From the NCBI GenBank assembly GCA_042093175.1, contig JBELFC010000003.1, positions 851-64,850 on the forward strand: a stretch of 64,000 bases of DNA. The letters run 5' to 3'. Position numbers and translations under genes: made by a program. This document shows, one piece after another, positions 37,581 through 47,787 of this stretch. The notes beneath the pieces are model-generated. The model ran no database searches. It worked only from the letters and a program-made list of their open reading frames with translations, and was not told where the DNA came from. The DNA comes from Tenacibaculum sp. GTDB taxonomy: Bacteria; Bacteroidota; Bacteroidia; Flavobacteriales; Flavobacteriaceae. Within the stretch, counting starts at the first letter, position 1, and every line of letters begins with the position of its first letter.

Positions 37581-38771
37581 TTAGTTTAAGAATTCAAAAA
37601 TACCTGCTGCACCTTGTCCAGTTCCTACGCACATAGTTACCATTCCGTATTTTCCTTGCATGTTACGCTTACGCATTTCATCAAATAATTGAACTGATAA
37701 TTTAGCTCCAGTACAACCTAAAGGATGTCCTAATGCAATTGCACCACCATTTACATTAATGATGTCTGCATTTAATCCTAATTCACGAATTACAGCTAAT
37801 GATTGAGAAGCAAATGCTTCATTTAATTCAATTAAGCTAATATCTTCTTGTTTTAATCCTGCTTGTTTTAATGCTTTTGGAATAGCAGCAACCGGTCCAA
37901 TACCCATAATTCTAGGAGGAACACCAGCGGCAGCATAACTAACCATACGAGCAATTGGTTTAAGGTTTAATTCCTTAACCATTTCTTCGCTCATTACCAT
38001 TACAAAAGCGGCACCATCACTAGTTTGAGAAGAGTTACCAGCAGTAACACTACCATTAGTAGCAAATACTGGACGTAAACGCTCTAAACCAGCAATATTT
38101 GAACCTTTACGAGGCCCTTCGTCTTTAGTTACTGTATATTTTCTTGTTGCTCTTTTACCTTTAGCATCTATATAAGTTTCTTCAACTTCTATAGGAACAA
38201 TTTGGTCTTGAAAACGATTTTCTTCTTGAGCTTTTAATGCTTTTAAATGTGAGTTTAAAGCAAATTCATCTTGATCTTTACGAGAGATATTGTATTTCTG
38301 CGCAACTTCTTCAGCAGTATTACCCATTCCCCAATAATAATCAGCATGACCAGCAGCTACTGTATCATAATTTAATTCTGGTTTAAATCCTGTCATTGGT
38401 ACTGAACTCATACTTTCTGCTCCACCAGCAATTACACAATCAGCCATTCCTGATTGAATTTTTGCAACTGCCATACCAATAGTTTCTAATCCTGAAGAAC
38501 AAAAACGGTTAACGGTAACACCTGGAACGTCTTCAATTTTTAAACCCATTAAAGAAATTAAACGAGCCATATTTAATCCTTGAGAACCTTCTGGCATTGC
38601 ATTACCAACAATTACATCGTCAATACGTTTTTTATCGAACTCAGGTAACTGCTCCATCATATATTCGATAGTTTCAGCAGCTAATTCATCAGCTCTTTTA
38701 AATCTGAACGCACCTCTTTTAGATTTTCCTACGGCGGTTCTATATCCTTTTACTATATATGCTGTTTTCAT
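37581..38771 (-). CDS. fadA: Acetyl-CoA C-acyltransferase (3-ketoacyl-CoA thiolase)
   Basis: Active-site motifs [14 protein letters not shown] and [14 protein letters not shown]. Confidence 0.95.
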   Translation of the reverse strand: MKTAYIVKGYRTAVGKSKRGAFRFKRADELAAETIEYMMEQLPEFDKKRIDDVIVGNAMPEGSQGLNMARLISLMGLKIEDVPGVTVNRFCSSGLETIGMAVAKIQSGMADCVIAGGAESMSSVPMTGFKPELNYDTVAAGHADYYWGMGNTAEEVAQKYNISRKDQDEFALNSHLKALKAQEENRFQDQIVPIEVEETYIDAKGKRATRKYTVTKDEGPRKGSNIAGLERLRPVFATNGSVTAGNSSQTSDGAAFVMVMSEEMVKELNLKPIARMVSYAAAGVPPRIMGIGPVAAIPKALKQAGLKQEDISLIELNEAFASQSLAVIRELGLNADIINVNGGAIALGHPLGCTGAKLSVQLFDEMRKRNMQGKYGMVTMCVGTGQGAAGIFEFLN

Positions 38772-38776
38772 TTTTC

Positions 38777-41182
38777 TTAGTTTCTTAATGGTTTACCAGT
38801 TTTTAACATGTGCTGAATACGCTCTAATGTTTTACGCTCTGTACATAAACTTAAGAACGCTTCACGCTCTATGTTTAATAAATATTGTTCAGAAACTTTT
38901 GTTGGTTCTGATAAATCTCCACCTGCCATTACATAAGCTAACTTATTGGCAATTTTTTGGTCATGCTCAGAGATAAACTTACTAGCTTGCATTGAATCGG
39001 TAGCAACCATAAATGCACCTAAAGCTTGTTTACCTAGTACTAATACATCTTCACGTTTTACAGGTTGTGTATAACCAGCTTCTGCTAATAAAACAGCATG
39101 TTTTTTAGCTTGCGCAATTTGACGTTCTTTATTTACAACAACAACATCTTTTCCTTTTTGTAATAAGCCTAAATCAAAAGCTTCATAAGCTGAAGTTGAT
39201 ACTTTTGCCATACCTATAGTTAAGAAATATTCTTGAAGTACATTTAATTGTACATCTCCTGTACGGAAAGTGTCAGATGCTCTTAAGGCCATTTCTTTAG
39301 AACCACCTCCACCAGGGATAACACCAACTCCAAACTCAACTAATCCCATGTATGTTTCAGCGGCAGCAACTACTTTATCAGCATGTAATGATAATTCACA
39401 TCCACCACCTAAAGCCATACCATGAGGTGCAGAAATTGTTGGGATTGATGAATAACGCATACGCATCATAGTATCTTGGAAATACTTGATAGCCATATTT
39501 AATTCATCATACTCTTGCTCAACTGCCATCATAAAAATCATTCCTATGTTAGCACCTACTGAGAAGTTTGCCGCTTGATTACCAACTACCAATCCTTGGA
39601 AGTCTTTTTCAGCTAAATCAATTGCTTTGTTTAAACCAGCTAAAACATCACCACCTATAGTGTTCATTTTAGATTGGAATTCACAATTTAAAATACCATC
39701 TCCTATATCTTCAATAACTACTCCTGAGTTTTTAAATACCTCATTTGTTTTACGAATATTATCTAAGATGATAAATGAATCTTGACCAGGCTTTTTAGTT
39801 TGAACTTTTGCAGTTACATCATAGTAATAAGTTGCTCCTTCTTTAACTGAATAGAAAGAAGATGAACCTTTTGCTAACATTTCAACAACCCAAGCAGCTG
39901 GTTCTTTACCTTCAGCTTTCATTAGTTCGATACCTTTTTCTACTCCTACAGCATCCCAAATTTCGAAAGGTCCATTTTCCCATCCGAAACCAGCTTTCAT
40001 GGCATCGTCAATTTTGTATAATTCATCAGATATCTCTGGAATTCTATTTTGAACATACGCAAACATAGCTGCGAAATTCTTACGGTAAAATTCACCCGCT
40101 TTATCTTTTCCTCCAACTAATACTTTAAAACGATCAATTGGTTTGTCAATGGTTTTTGTTAATTCTAAAGTAGCAAATTTCGCACGCTTTTTAGAACGAT
40201 ATTCCATCGTGTCTAAGTCTAATGATAAAATTTCTTTTTTACCTTCAGCATTCACTGATTTTTTGTAGAAACCTTGTTTAGTTTTACTACCTAACCATTT
40301 GTTTTCCATCATTGTGTTGATGAAATCAGGAAGCTTAAACAATTCATGAGCTTCATCATTTGGGCAGTTTTCATAAATACCATTAGCAACATGTACTAAA
40401 GTATCAAGCCCAACAACATCAACAGTTCTAAAAGTAGCCGATTTTGGACGGCCAATTACAGGACCAGTTAATTTATCAACTTCTTCAATAGTTAATCCTA
40501 ATTCTTTTACTTGATGAAATAGAGATTGAATTCCGAAAATTCCAATTCTATTTCCTATAAAAGCTGGGGTATCTTTAGCTAAAACAGAAGTTTTTCCTAA
40601 AAATTTAGAACCATAATCCATTAAGAAGTCAGTAACTTCTTGTTTACATTGAGGACCAGGAACAACTTCAAATAATTTTAAATAACGAGGAGGATTAAAA
40701 AAGTGAGTTACTGCAAAATGTTTTTGAAAATCTTCACTTCTTCCTTCATTCATAAACTTGATAGGAATTCCTGAAGTGTTTGAAGAAATAATAGTACCAG
40801 GGGTACGGTGTTTTTCAACTTGTTCAAAAACGCTTTGCTTTATGTCTAAGCGTTCAACAACAACCTCCATTATCCAATCTACATCTTTAATTTTATGTAA
40901 ATCGTCATCAATATTACCAGTGGTAATTCTATCTGCAAATTTTTTACTGTAAATAGGAGATGGTTTTGATTTTAAAGAAGCGGTTAGTGCATCGTTAACC
41001 AAACGGTTACGTACAGCTTTGTCTTCTAAAGTCAATCCTTTTGCTTTTTCTTTGTCATTAAGTTCACGAGGAACTATATCTAATAATAATACTTCAACGC
41101 CAATATTAGCAAAATGACATGCAATACCAGATCCCATAATTCCAGAACCTATAATCGCTACTTTTTTAATTCTTCTTGTCAT
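38777..41182 (-). CDS. fadN: Bifunctional 3-hydroxyacyl-CoA dehydrogenase / enoyl-CoA hydratase (FadN-type domain order)
   Basis: N-terminal Rossmann fold VAIIGSGIMGSGIA (3HCDH) and a C-terminal crotonase fold (GGGCELSLHAD, GVIPGGGGS). The gene order matches the B. subtilis fadN-fadA-fadE operon. Confidence 0.85.
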   Translation of the reverse strand: MTRRIKKVAIIGSGIMGSGIACHFANIGVEVLLLDIVPRELNDKEKAKGLTLEDKAVRNRLVNDALTASLKSKPSPIYSKKFADRITTGNIDDDLHKIKDVDWIMEVVVERLDIKQSVFEQVEKHRTPGTIISSNTSGIPIKFMNEGRSEDFQKHFAVTHFFNPPRYLKLFEVVPGPQCKQEVTDFLMDYGSKFLGKTSVLAKDTPAFIGNRIGIFGIQSLFHQVKELGLTIEEVDKLTGPVIGRPKSATFRTVDVVGLDTLVHVANGIYENCPNDEAHELFKLPDFINTMMENKWLGSKTKQGFYKKSVNAEGKKEILSLDLDTMEYRSKKRAKFATLELTKTIDKPIDRFKVLVGGKDKAGEFYRKNFAAMFAYVQNRIPEISDELYKIDDAMKAGFGWENGPFEIWDAVGVEKGIELMKAEGKEPAAWVVEMLAKGSSSFYSVKEGATYYYDVTAKVQTKKPGQDSFIILDNIRKTNEVFKNSGVVIEDIGDGILNCEFQSKMNTIGGDVLAGLNKAIDLAEKDFQGLVVGNQAANFSVGANIGMIFMMAVEQEYDELNMAIKYFQDTMMRMRYSSIPTISAPHGMALGGGCELSLHADKVVAAAETYMGLVEFGVGVIPGGGGSKEMALRASDTFRTGDVQLNVLQEYFLTIGMAKVSTSAYEAFDLGLLQKGKDVVVVNKERQIAQAKKHAVLLAEAGYTQPVKREDVLVLGKQALGAFMVATDSMQASKFISEHDQKIANKLAYVMAGGDLSEPTKVSEQYLLNIEREAFLSLCTERKTLERIQHMLKTGKPLRN

Positions 41183-41194
41183 TAGTTTAATGTT

Positions 41195-41656
41195 TTATAC
41201 AGCTTGTTTATTTATATCATCACCATAAATCAATTTGTCTGTAATAAGTTGATTTATAGTTCTTGTTACTTTAAAGAAGTTTTCTAGTTCTTCATCAGTA
41301 ATATGTTTTCTTACTTCATTATTAAATTGATATACGTGTCCTTTAGATACTTCACGCATTTCTTTACCGTAATCAGTTAGTTTAATAATAACACTTCTTC
41401 CGTCGTTTGGGTTTTTTTTCCTGAAAATCATTTTTTTATCTTCCATTGTTTTTAATAAACGAGAAAGACTAGTAGGTTCCATACCCATTAGAGGTCCCAA
41501 AGCGGTAGAAGGAGTTCCATCTTCAAAATCAATATTAAGTAGAACAAAAGCTGTAGCCATAGTGCTATTATGCTTTGCCGCTTGCTCATTATACATTTTA
41601 GCAACAGCTTGCCATGTAGCTCTTAATTGATGATCTATTGATTTGTTTTTTTCCAT
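41195..41656 (-). CDS. MarR-family transcriptional regulator
   Basis: Winged-helix region (TALGPLMGMEPTSLSRLLKTMEDKKMIFRKKNPNDGRSVIIKLT). First gene of the fad operon. Confidence 0.85.
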   Translation of the reverse strand: MEKNKSIDHQLRATWQAVAKMYNEQAAKHNSTMATAFVLLNIDFEDGTPSTALGPLMGMEPTSLSRLLKTMEDKKMIFRKKNPNDGRSVIIKLTDYGKEMREVSKGHVYQFNNEVRKHITDEELENFFKVTRTINQLITDKLIYGDDINKQAV

Positions 41657-41663
41657 ACAGGGT

Positions 41664-41671
41664 CAAATATA
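41664..41671 (-). promoter_or_regulatory. Candidate -7 box of the marR-fad operon
   Basis: Minus-strand TATATTTG is a perfect TAnnTTTG, 8 nt upstream of the ATG at 41656. Confidence 0.4.
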
Positions 41672-41683
41672 TAAAAAAAATAT

Positions 41684-41695
41684 TATGCATGCATA
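41684..41695. promoter_or_regulatory. Perfect 12-bp palindrome TATGCATGCATA (proximal candidate MarR operator)
   Basis: Self-complementary 12-mer within the repeated 15-mer attatgcatgcatag. It lies 13 nt upstream of the candidate -7 box. Confidence 0.55.
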
Positions 41696-41712
41696 GTAAA
41701 TTGTAAAAAAAT

Positions 41713-41724
41713 TATGCATGCATA
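41713..41724. promoter_or_regulatory. Perfect 12-bp palindrome TATGCATGCATA (distal candidate MarR operator)
   Basis: Second identical copy, 29 bp centre to centre from the first. Confidence 0.55.
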
Positions 41725-41847
41725 GCATTTTTTTTGATGAAAAATCATAAAATCATAGGGAAAGTAAAATAGTGATTTGGGAAACATATTAGGAAGTATA
41801 CTATAGAAGTAGTTCATTTTTGTGTGATATTTTAAATAAAAAAGAAA

Positions 41848-44424
41848 ATGATGAAAAATACTTTAACGCTATTAATTCTAATAACTACGTTTTTTAGAAT
41901 TAATGCACAAAATGTAAATATTCCTGATACTAATTTTAAAAACTTTTTAGTAAGCAATTATCAAATAAATACAAATGGGGATTCTGAGATACAAGTAAGT
42001 GAAGCTAATTCTTATACTGGAAGTATCAGTTGTCCTAATAAAAATATTGCCGATTTAACAGGGATAGAAGCTTTTATTAATATCAAAGTATTGGATTGTA
42101 GTAGGAATCAGATAACTAGTTTAGATGTTTCTAATTGTGTAAAAATGATATGGCTATTTTGTACATCAAACCAATTGACAAGTATAGATGTTTCAGGCGC
42201 ATTAAGTTTAGAAGGTTTTTTTTGTCGTTTTAATCAATTAACAAATATTGATGTTAGTAATAACTTATTACTAGAAGGTTTTCACTGTGGAAATAATCAA
42301 TTATCAAGTATAGATGTTTCTAATAATATTAAGTTAGCCTATTTTGAAGCTGCTAATAACCAAATAACAAGCATTGATTTGTCTACTAATTCTGATCTTA
42401 GACAAATAGTCATTAATAACAATCAATTAACTTCTTTAAATTTAGCGAATGGTAATAATACGAATATACCTTCTGGCTATTTTGATATTAGGAATAATCC
42501 AAACTTACTTTGTGTTAATGTTGATGATACAACCTATAGTACTGCTAATTGGATAAATAAAGATTCACAAACGGGGTATGGTACTAATTGTATTACACCT
42601 ATATGCGATGTAACAATTCCAGACGCTAATTTTAAATCATATTTAGTAAATAATAGTCTAATTAATACTAATGGAGATTCAGAGATCCAATGTAGTGAGG
42701 CAATAGCTTTTACTGGAGCAATATACTGCCAAGGGAAACAGATTGCAGATTTAACAGGGATAGAAGCTTTTGTTAATGTAACAAAATTATACTGTAATAT
42801 GAATCAGTTAACTAGTTTAGATCTTTCTCAAAATATTCATTTAAGAGAGTTGTTTTGTGAAAGTAATCAATTAACAAATTTGAATATTACGCAAAATACT
42901 GATTTAGCAGTTATAAATTGTGAGGGAAATCAATTAACTACCATAGATTTTACTAATAATGTTAACTTAGTAGAATTAAACTGTAAGAGAAATTCATTGG
43001 CAACTATTGATTTAACTCAGAACCTAGCTTTAAGTTATTTGGAATGCGGCTTTAATCAATTGACAGGATTGAATATTAATAGTAATGTAGATTTAAAATA
43101 TGTATCATGTCAAAATAATCAAATAACTACTCTTAATACTTCTAATAATAGTGAATTAAAAGCTTTGGAGTGTAGCTATAATCAGGTAGTAAGTTTGGAC
43201 ATGAGTCAAAATACAGATTTAATAAGTGTTAGAGCAACAAATAATCAATTAACGGCTTTAAATGTAGCAAATGGGTTTAATCAGAATATGTTAGATTTTA
43301 GAATAACGAATAATATAAATTTACTTTGTGTACAAGTAGATGATCCTGTTTATAGTTCCTCTAATTGGACATTTAAAGATTCACAGACAAGTTATAGTGC
43401 TAATTGCAATAGTGTTTGTACTGTAAATATTCCTGATGTTAATTTTAAATCGTATTTAATAAATAATAATTTGATTAATACTAATGGAGATACTGAAATT
43501 CAGTGTAGTGAAGCTGTTGCTTTTACAGGGATAATAAATTGTTCAAATAAAAGTATAGTTAATTTAACAGGTATTGAAGCTTTTACAGTATTAACAAGGT
43601 TAGACTGTAGTCAAAATCAATTAACAAGTTTAGATGTTTCAGCCAACACAAATTTAAGATATTTAAACTGCAGGGCTAATGCATTAACAACTATTGATGT
43701 TTCAAATAACTTAGGACTTAGGATTTTTAATTGTAGTCAAAATCAATTAACAACTATTGATGTTACTAATAACATTAGTCTTATGAATTTGTATTGTAAT
43801 GAAAATCAATTAACAAACTTGAATGTTTCTACAAATACTAGTTTAAAATATTTAAATTGTAAATTAAATCAACTAACAAGTTTAGATGTTTCTAATAATA
43901 CTGCTTTAGATATTTTTTATTGTGGTAATAATCAAATAAATGATTTAGATGTGTCTAATAATACTAGCTTAAGGTATTTTAATAGCAAAAATGGTACTCT
44001 AAAAAAATTAAATGTTGCCAACGGACAAAATTTATCTATAGTTTCTTTTGATATTAGAAACAATCCAGATTTAACTTGTGTTAAAGTAGATAATACAGCA
44101 TATAGTACTAGTACTTGGACTAATAAGGATGCTCAAGCTAATTATAATATGCTATGTCCTACTGTGCCAATTGTTGCTCCAATACTATCAAAAAACTTTA
44201 AAGTAATTAGTGTATATCCTAACCCAGTAAAAAATATATTGTATGTTAAGAGTGAAGGTAAGGCAGTTTCAAAAATAGAAATCTTAGATTTTTCAGGGAG
44301 AGTTTTAATAGGAGAAATAAATACAAAGGGAGGTATAAATGTTTCCAATTTAAATCCAGGGATGTATTCTGTGAAGGTATATTTAGAAAATAGTTTTATA
44401 ATTAAACGTTTAATTAAAGAGTAA
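41848..44424 (+). CDS. Leucine-rich-repeat surface protein with T9SS C-terminal sorting domain
   Basis: Signal peptide, three tandem modules (cap IPDxNFK..INTNGDSEIQ.SEA, roughly 22-aa NQLTSxDVS LRRs, NNPxLxCVxVDD..YS..W..KD closing motif), then a Por-type CTD (VYPNPVKNILYV...GMYSVKVY). Confidence 0.85.
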   Translation: MMKNTLTLLILITTFFRINAQNVNIPDTNFKNFLVSNYQINTNGDSEIQVSEANSYTGSISCPNKNIADLTGIEAFINIKVLDCSRNQITSLDVSNCVKMIWLFCTSNQLTSIDVSGALSLEGFFCRFNQLTNIDVSNNLLLEGFHCGNNQLSSIDVSNNIKLAYFEAANNQITSIDLSTNSDLRQIVINNNQLTSLNLANGNNTNIPSGYFDIRNNPNLLCVNVDDTTYSTANWINKDSQTGYGTNCITPICDVTIPDANFKSYLVNNSLINTNGDSEIQCSEAIAFTGAIYCQGKQIADLTGIEAFVNVTKLYCNMNQLTSLDLSQNIHLRELFCESNQLTNLNITQNTDLAVINCEGNQLTTIDFTNNVNLVELNCKRNSLATIDLTQNLALSYLECGFNQLTGLNINSNVDLKYVSCQNNQITTLNTSNNSELKALECSYNQVVSLDMSQNTDLISVRATNNQLTALNVANGFNQNMLDFRITNNINLLCVQVDDPVYSSSNWTFKDSQTSYSANCNSVCTVNIPDVNFKSYLINNNLINTNGDTEIQCSEAVAFTGIINCSNKSIVNLTGIEAFTVLTRLDCSQNQLTSLDVSANTNLRYLNCRANALTTIDVSNNLGLRIFNCSQNQLTTIDVTNNISLMNLYCNENQLTNLNVSTNTSLKYLNCKLNQLTSLDVSNNTALDIFYCGNNQINDLDVSNNTSLRYFNSKNGTLKKLNVANGQNLSIVSFDIRNNPDLTCVKVDNTAYSTSTWTNKDAQANYNMLCPTVPIVAPILSKNFKVISVYPNPVKNILYVKSEGKAVSKIEILDFSGRVLIGEINTKGGINVSNLNPGMYSVKVYLENSFIIKRLIKE

Positions 44425-44438
44425 ACCCACTTCTTAGA

Positions 44439-44487
44439 ATATTCTTAAAATAGCTACTGTTTTTAAAGTTAATTTAAAAACAGTAGC
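44439..44487 (+). terminator. Strong rho-independent terminator
   Basis: 14-bp stem tagctactgttttt/aaaaacagtagcta, followed by a T-run. Confidence 0.8.
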
Positions 44488-44605
44488 TATTTTTTTATGG
44501 TTTGATGTAACAATTGAAGATTAGAGCATACTAATTAAATATAAAAAATATGTAAGTTTGTTTAAGCTTACTATTAAAAACAGCTATTAATTAACCAAAA
44601 AATCA

Positions 44606-45535
44606 ATGAATAATTTACTAGAAATTAATAATGTGGTAAAACGCTATGGGGATTATACTGCATTAAACGATGTGTCAATGCACATTCCAAAGGGAAGTGT
44701 TTTTGGATTACTTGGTCCTAATGGAGCAGGGAAAACTTCGTTAATTAGAATTGTTAATCAAATAACAATGCCAGATAGTGGTAAAATACTTTTAGATGGA
44801 GAAGCTTTAGCTCCTCATCATGTTGAATATATTGGTTACTTACCAGAGGAAAGAGGATTGTATAAGAGTATGAAGGTAGGTGAACAGGCACTATATTTAG
44901 CACAATTGAAGGGGTTGTCTAAAACAGAAGCGAAAAAACGCCTTAAGTATTGGTTTGATAAGTTTGATATAGGAGCTTGGTGGGGGAAAAAAATAGAAGA
45001 ATTATCAAAAGGAATGGCTCAAAAAGTACAGTTTATAGTAACAGTATTACACCAACCAAAATTATTGATTTTTGATGAACCTTTTTCAGGTTTTGATCCT
45101 ATAAATGCTCAGTTAATAGCTAAAGAAATTTTACAATTACGTGATGAAGGAGCAACCATTATTTTTTCTACTCATAGGATGGAAAGTGTAGAAGAAATGT
45201 GTGATTATATTGCTTTAATTAATAAATCTAATAAAATTTTAGATGGAAAGTTAGATGATATAAAACGTGAGTTTAGAACAAATACTTTTCAGGTAGGCTT
45301 AACTACACCAAATGTTAAAGAAGTAGAAGCTAAATTAAAAGAGAATTTTAAAGTTTTACCTGCTGATTTTAGATCGTTAAATGACGGGTTAAAATTAAAT
45401 GTAAAATTAACTCAAGGTAATTCAGCTAATGATTTATTATCATTTTTAACAACGCAAGGGCAAGTACAACATTTTGTAGAATTAATACCAAGTGCCAATG
45501 ATATATTCATTGAAGCAATAAATAAAAACAGTTAG
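44606..45535 (+). CDS. ABC transporter ATP-binding protein (ABC-2/NatA-like with C-terminal DUF4162-like domain)
   Basis: Walker A GPNGAGKTS, signature LSKGMAQK, Walker B LLIFDEP. Confidence 0.9.
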   Translation: MNNLLEINNVVKRYGDYTALNDVSMHIPKGSVFGLLGPNGAGKTSLIRIVNQITMPDSGKILLDGEALAPHHVEYIGYLPEERGLYKSMKVGEQALYLAQLKGLSKTEAKKRLKYWFDKFDIGAWWGKKIEELSKGMAQKVQFIVTVLHQPKLLIFDEPFSGFDPINAQLIAKEILQLRDEGATIIFSTHRMESVEEMCDYIALINKSNKILDGKLDDIKREFRTNTFQVGLTTPNVKEVEAKLKENFKVLPADFRSLNDGLKLNVKLTQGNSANDLLSFLTTQGQVQHFVELIPSANDIFIEAINKNS

Positions 45536-45539
45536 TATA

Positions 45540-46862
45540 ATGAAAAAGTTACGATTAATTATAGAACGAGAGTTTATAGCTAAAGTTAAAAATAAATCAT
45601 TCATTGTAATGACATTTTTAAGTCCTTTACTAATGATTGGTATGGGAGCTTTGGTCTTTTTTTTAATGAAGAAAAATGATGAAAAGGTAAAGAAAATTGT
45701 ATATGTTGATGAATCAGGATTGTTTTCTAAAGAAATTTTTAAAGATTCAAAAACAGTAAAGTATGAAGACTTTACAAAATTAGGGATTGATGATTCTAAG
45801 AAAAAAGTAGAAGAAGGAGATTATTATGGAGCCCTACATATTCCTAAAATTGATAGTTTAGAAGTGTTAGCAAATTCAATTGAGTTTTTCTCAAAAGATT
45901 CACCTAGTATGTCGATAATGGGGAGCTTAGAAAATAAAATTGAAAAAAAATTAAGAAATGAAAAGCTAACAAAATTCGGAATTGATTTAGCTCAGATTAA
46001 AGCATCTAAAATATCTTCAGATATTAAAATGTTTAATTTTTCAGGAGAAAAATCATCTAAGTTGATAAATGGATTAAAAATAGGAGTTGGAGCTATTGCT
46101 GGTTACTTATTAATGATGTTTGTAATGATTTATGGAACCTCTGTTATGCGAAGTGTAATTGAAGAAAAAACAAGTAGAATTATTGAAGTAATTGTTTCTT
46201 CAGTTAAACCTTTTCAATTAATGATGGGGAAAATTATAGGTAATGCCTCAGCTGGATTGTTACAGTTTTTTATATGGGGAATTTTATTTTTTGTATTCAG
46301 CTTGGTGGCTTCTTCAATATTTGGAATTGATATGATGGAAATGCAAACTGCAAAAGTATCTCCTGAACAAATGGAAGCAATGCAACAGGCAGCAGGAAGT
46401 AAGGGAGAAATGATACTACAAGAAATTTTTAGGTTACCATTATTAAAAATGTTTTTGCTATTTATTTTCTATTTCTTAGGAGGTTATATGTTGTATAGTT
46501 CATTGTTTGCAGCTGTGGGAGCAGCAGTTGATAACGAAACTGATACTCAGCAATTTATGATGCCAATTATGTTGCCTTTAATCTTAGCAGTTTATGTAGG
46601 TTTCGCAACAGTAATTAATGATCCACATGGACCAGTATCTGTTATATTTTCTTACATACCGTTTACATCACCTATAGTAATGTTAATGCGTATACCATTT
46701 GGTGTAGCTTGGTGGGAAATAGTAATTTCTATGTTATTATTAGTTGCAACATTCATGGTAATAGTATGGTTAGCAGCTAAAATATACAGAGTAGGTATTT
46801 TAATGTATGGTAAAAAACCTAGTTATAAAGATTTATGGAAATGGATTCGTTATAACGGATAA
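45540..46862 (+). CDS. ABC-2 family permease (NatB-like)
   Basis: N-terminal TM segment, a large extracytoplasmic loop and five C-terminal TM segments. Directly follows the ATPase gene. Confidence 0.8.
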   Translation: MKKLRLIIEREFIAKVKNKSFIVMTFLSPLLMIGMGALVFFLMKKNDEKVKKIVYVDESGLFSKEIFKDSKTVKYEDFTKLGIDDSKKKVEEGDYYGALHIPKIDSLEVLANSIEFFSKDSPSMSIMGSLENKIEKKLRNEKLTKFGIDLAQIKASKISSDIKMFNFSGEKSSKLINGLKIGVGAIAGYLLMMFVMIYGTSVMRSVIEEKTSRIIEVIVSSVKPFQLMMGKIIGNASAGLLQFFIWGILFFVFSLVASSIFGIDMMEMQTAKVSPEQMEAMQQAAGSKGEMILQEIFRLPLLKMFLLFIFYFLGGYMLYSSLFAAVGAAVDNETDTQQFMMPIMLPLILAVYVGFATVINDPHGPVSVIFSYIPFTSPIVMLMRIPFGVAWWEIVISMLLLVATFMVIVWLAAKIYRVGILMYGKKPSYKDLWKWIRYNG

Positions 46863-46956
46863 CATATTCGAATAGTTAAAAATTAAAAGTAGTTATTGTA
46901 AAAGATAACTGCTTTTTTTTTGTGTAAAATAAAATATTTACCATAATTTTATTCAT

Positions 46957-47781
46957 GTGAAAGAACTTAATAATATACTTAACTATTCGTTTAAATTTAG
47001 TAAAGAAATAAGTATAAGTGTTAAAGCTATTTTAGTCTTAATACTTGTATTGGTAATAGCCTCTATACTTTTAAAACTTTTTAAAAAACTAGTAGTAAAA
47101 AGGCTTGAGCAAGATGATAAAAATAAATTTGACACTGTTTTTTCTTTTGTTAGTTGGCTATTATACATAACTATTTTTCTTACAACTCTTAGTACATCCG
47201 GTGTAAATGTAACCGCAATATTTGCAGCTTCTGCAGCCTTGTTAATTGGTGTAGGTTTGGCTTTGCAAACTTTTTTTCAAGATATAATTTCTGGTATTTT
47301 TATAATTGTAGATCAAAGTGTACATGTTGGTGATATCATTGAATTAGATGATAAAGTAGGTAGGGTCGAAGAAATAAAATTACGCACAACAAGAGCAGTA
47401 ACTATTGATAATAAAGTGTTGATTATACCCAATCATAAGTATTTAACTAGTAGTTTATATAATTGGACACAGAATGGAACTACCACAAGAGAAAGTGTTG
47501 AGGTAGGAGTTGCTTATGGTAGCGATTTAGAGTTGGTTAAAAAACTCTTGCTAAGAGCCGCTAATGAACATCCAAATATATTAAACAACCCTGAACCTTT
47601 AGTTTTGTTTATGAATTTTGGTGATAATTCGTTAGATTTTAAGTTAGTGTTTACTTTAAATGATAGCTTTATGGCTTCAATACCGCAAAGTGATATTCGT
47701 TTTAAAATAGATCAATTATTTAGAGAGCATAATATTTCTATACCATTTCCGCAAAGAGATATACATGTTATTAAAGAGTAA
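46957..47781 (+). CDS. Small-conductance mechanosensitive channel (MscS family)
   Basis: Three TM segments, a pore-helix region (AASAALLIGVGLALQTFFQDIISG) and a beta domain (VGDIIELDDKVGRVEEIKLRTT). GTG start. Confidence 0.85.
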   Translation: MKELNNILNYSFKFSKEISISVKAILVLILVLVIASILLKLFKKLVVKRLEQDDKNKFDTVFSFVSWLLYITIFLTTLSTSGVNVTAIFAASAALLIGVGLALQTFFQDIISGIFIIVDQSVHVGDIIELDDKVGRVEEIKLRTTRAVTIDNKVLIIPNHKYLTSSLYNWTQNGTTTRESVEVGVAYGSDLELVKKLLLRAANEHPNILNNPEPLVLFMNFGDNSLDFKLVFTLNDSFMASIPQSDIRFKIDQLFREHNISIPFPQRDIHVIKE

Positions 47782-47787
47782 GGCTTA

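Noticed and set aside
41900-44100. Regular ~66-nt periodic DNA repeats that might resemble a CRISPR-like array
   Set aside because: The periodicity is the ~22-aa leucine-rich repeat of one continuous 858-aa ORF. The repeats are imperfect and coding, and no cas genes are present.
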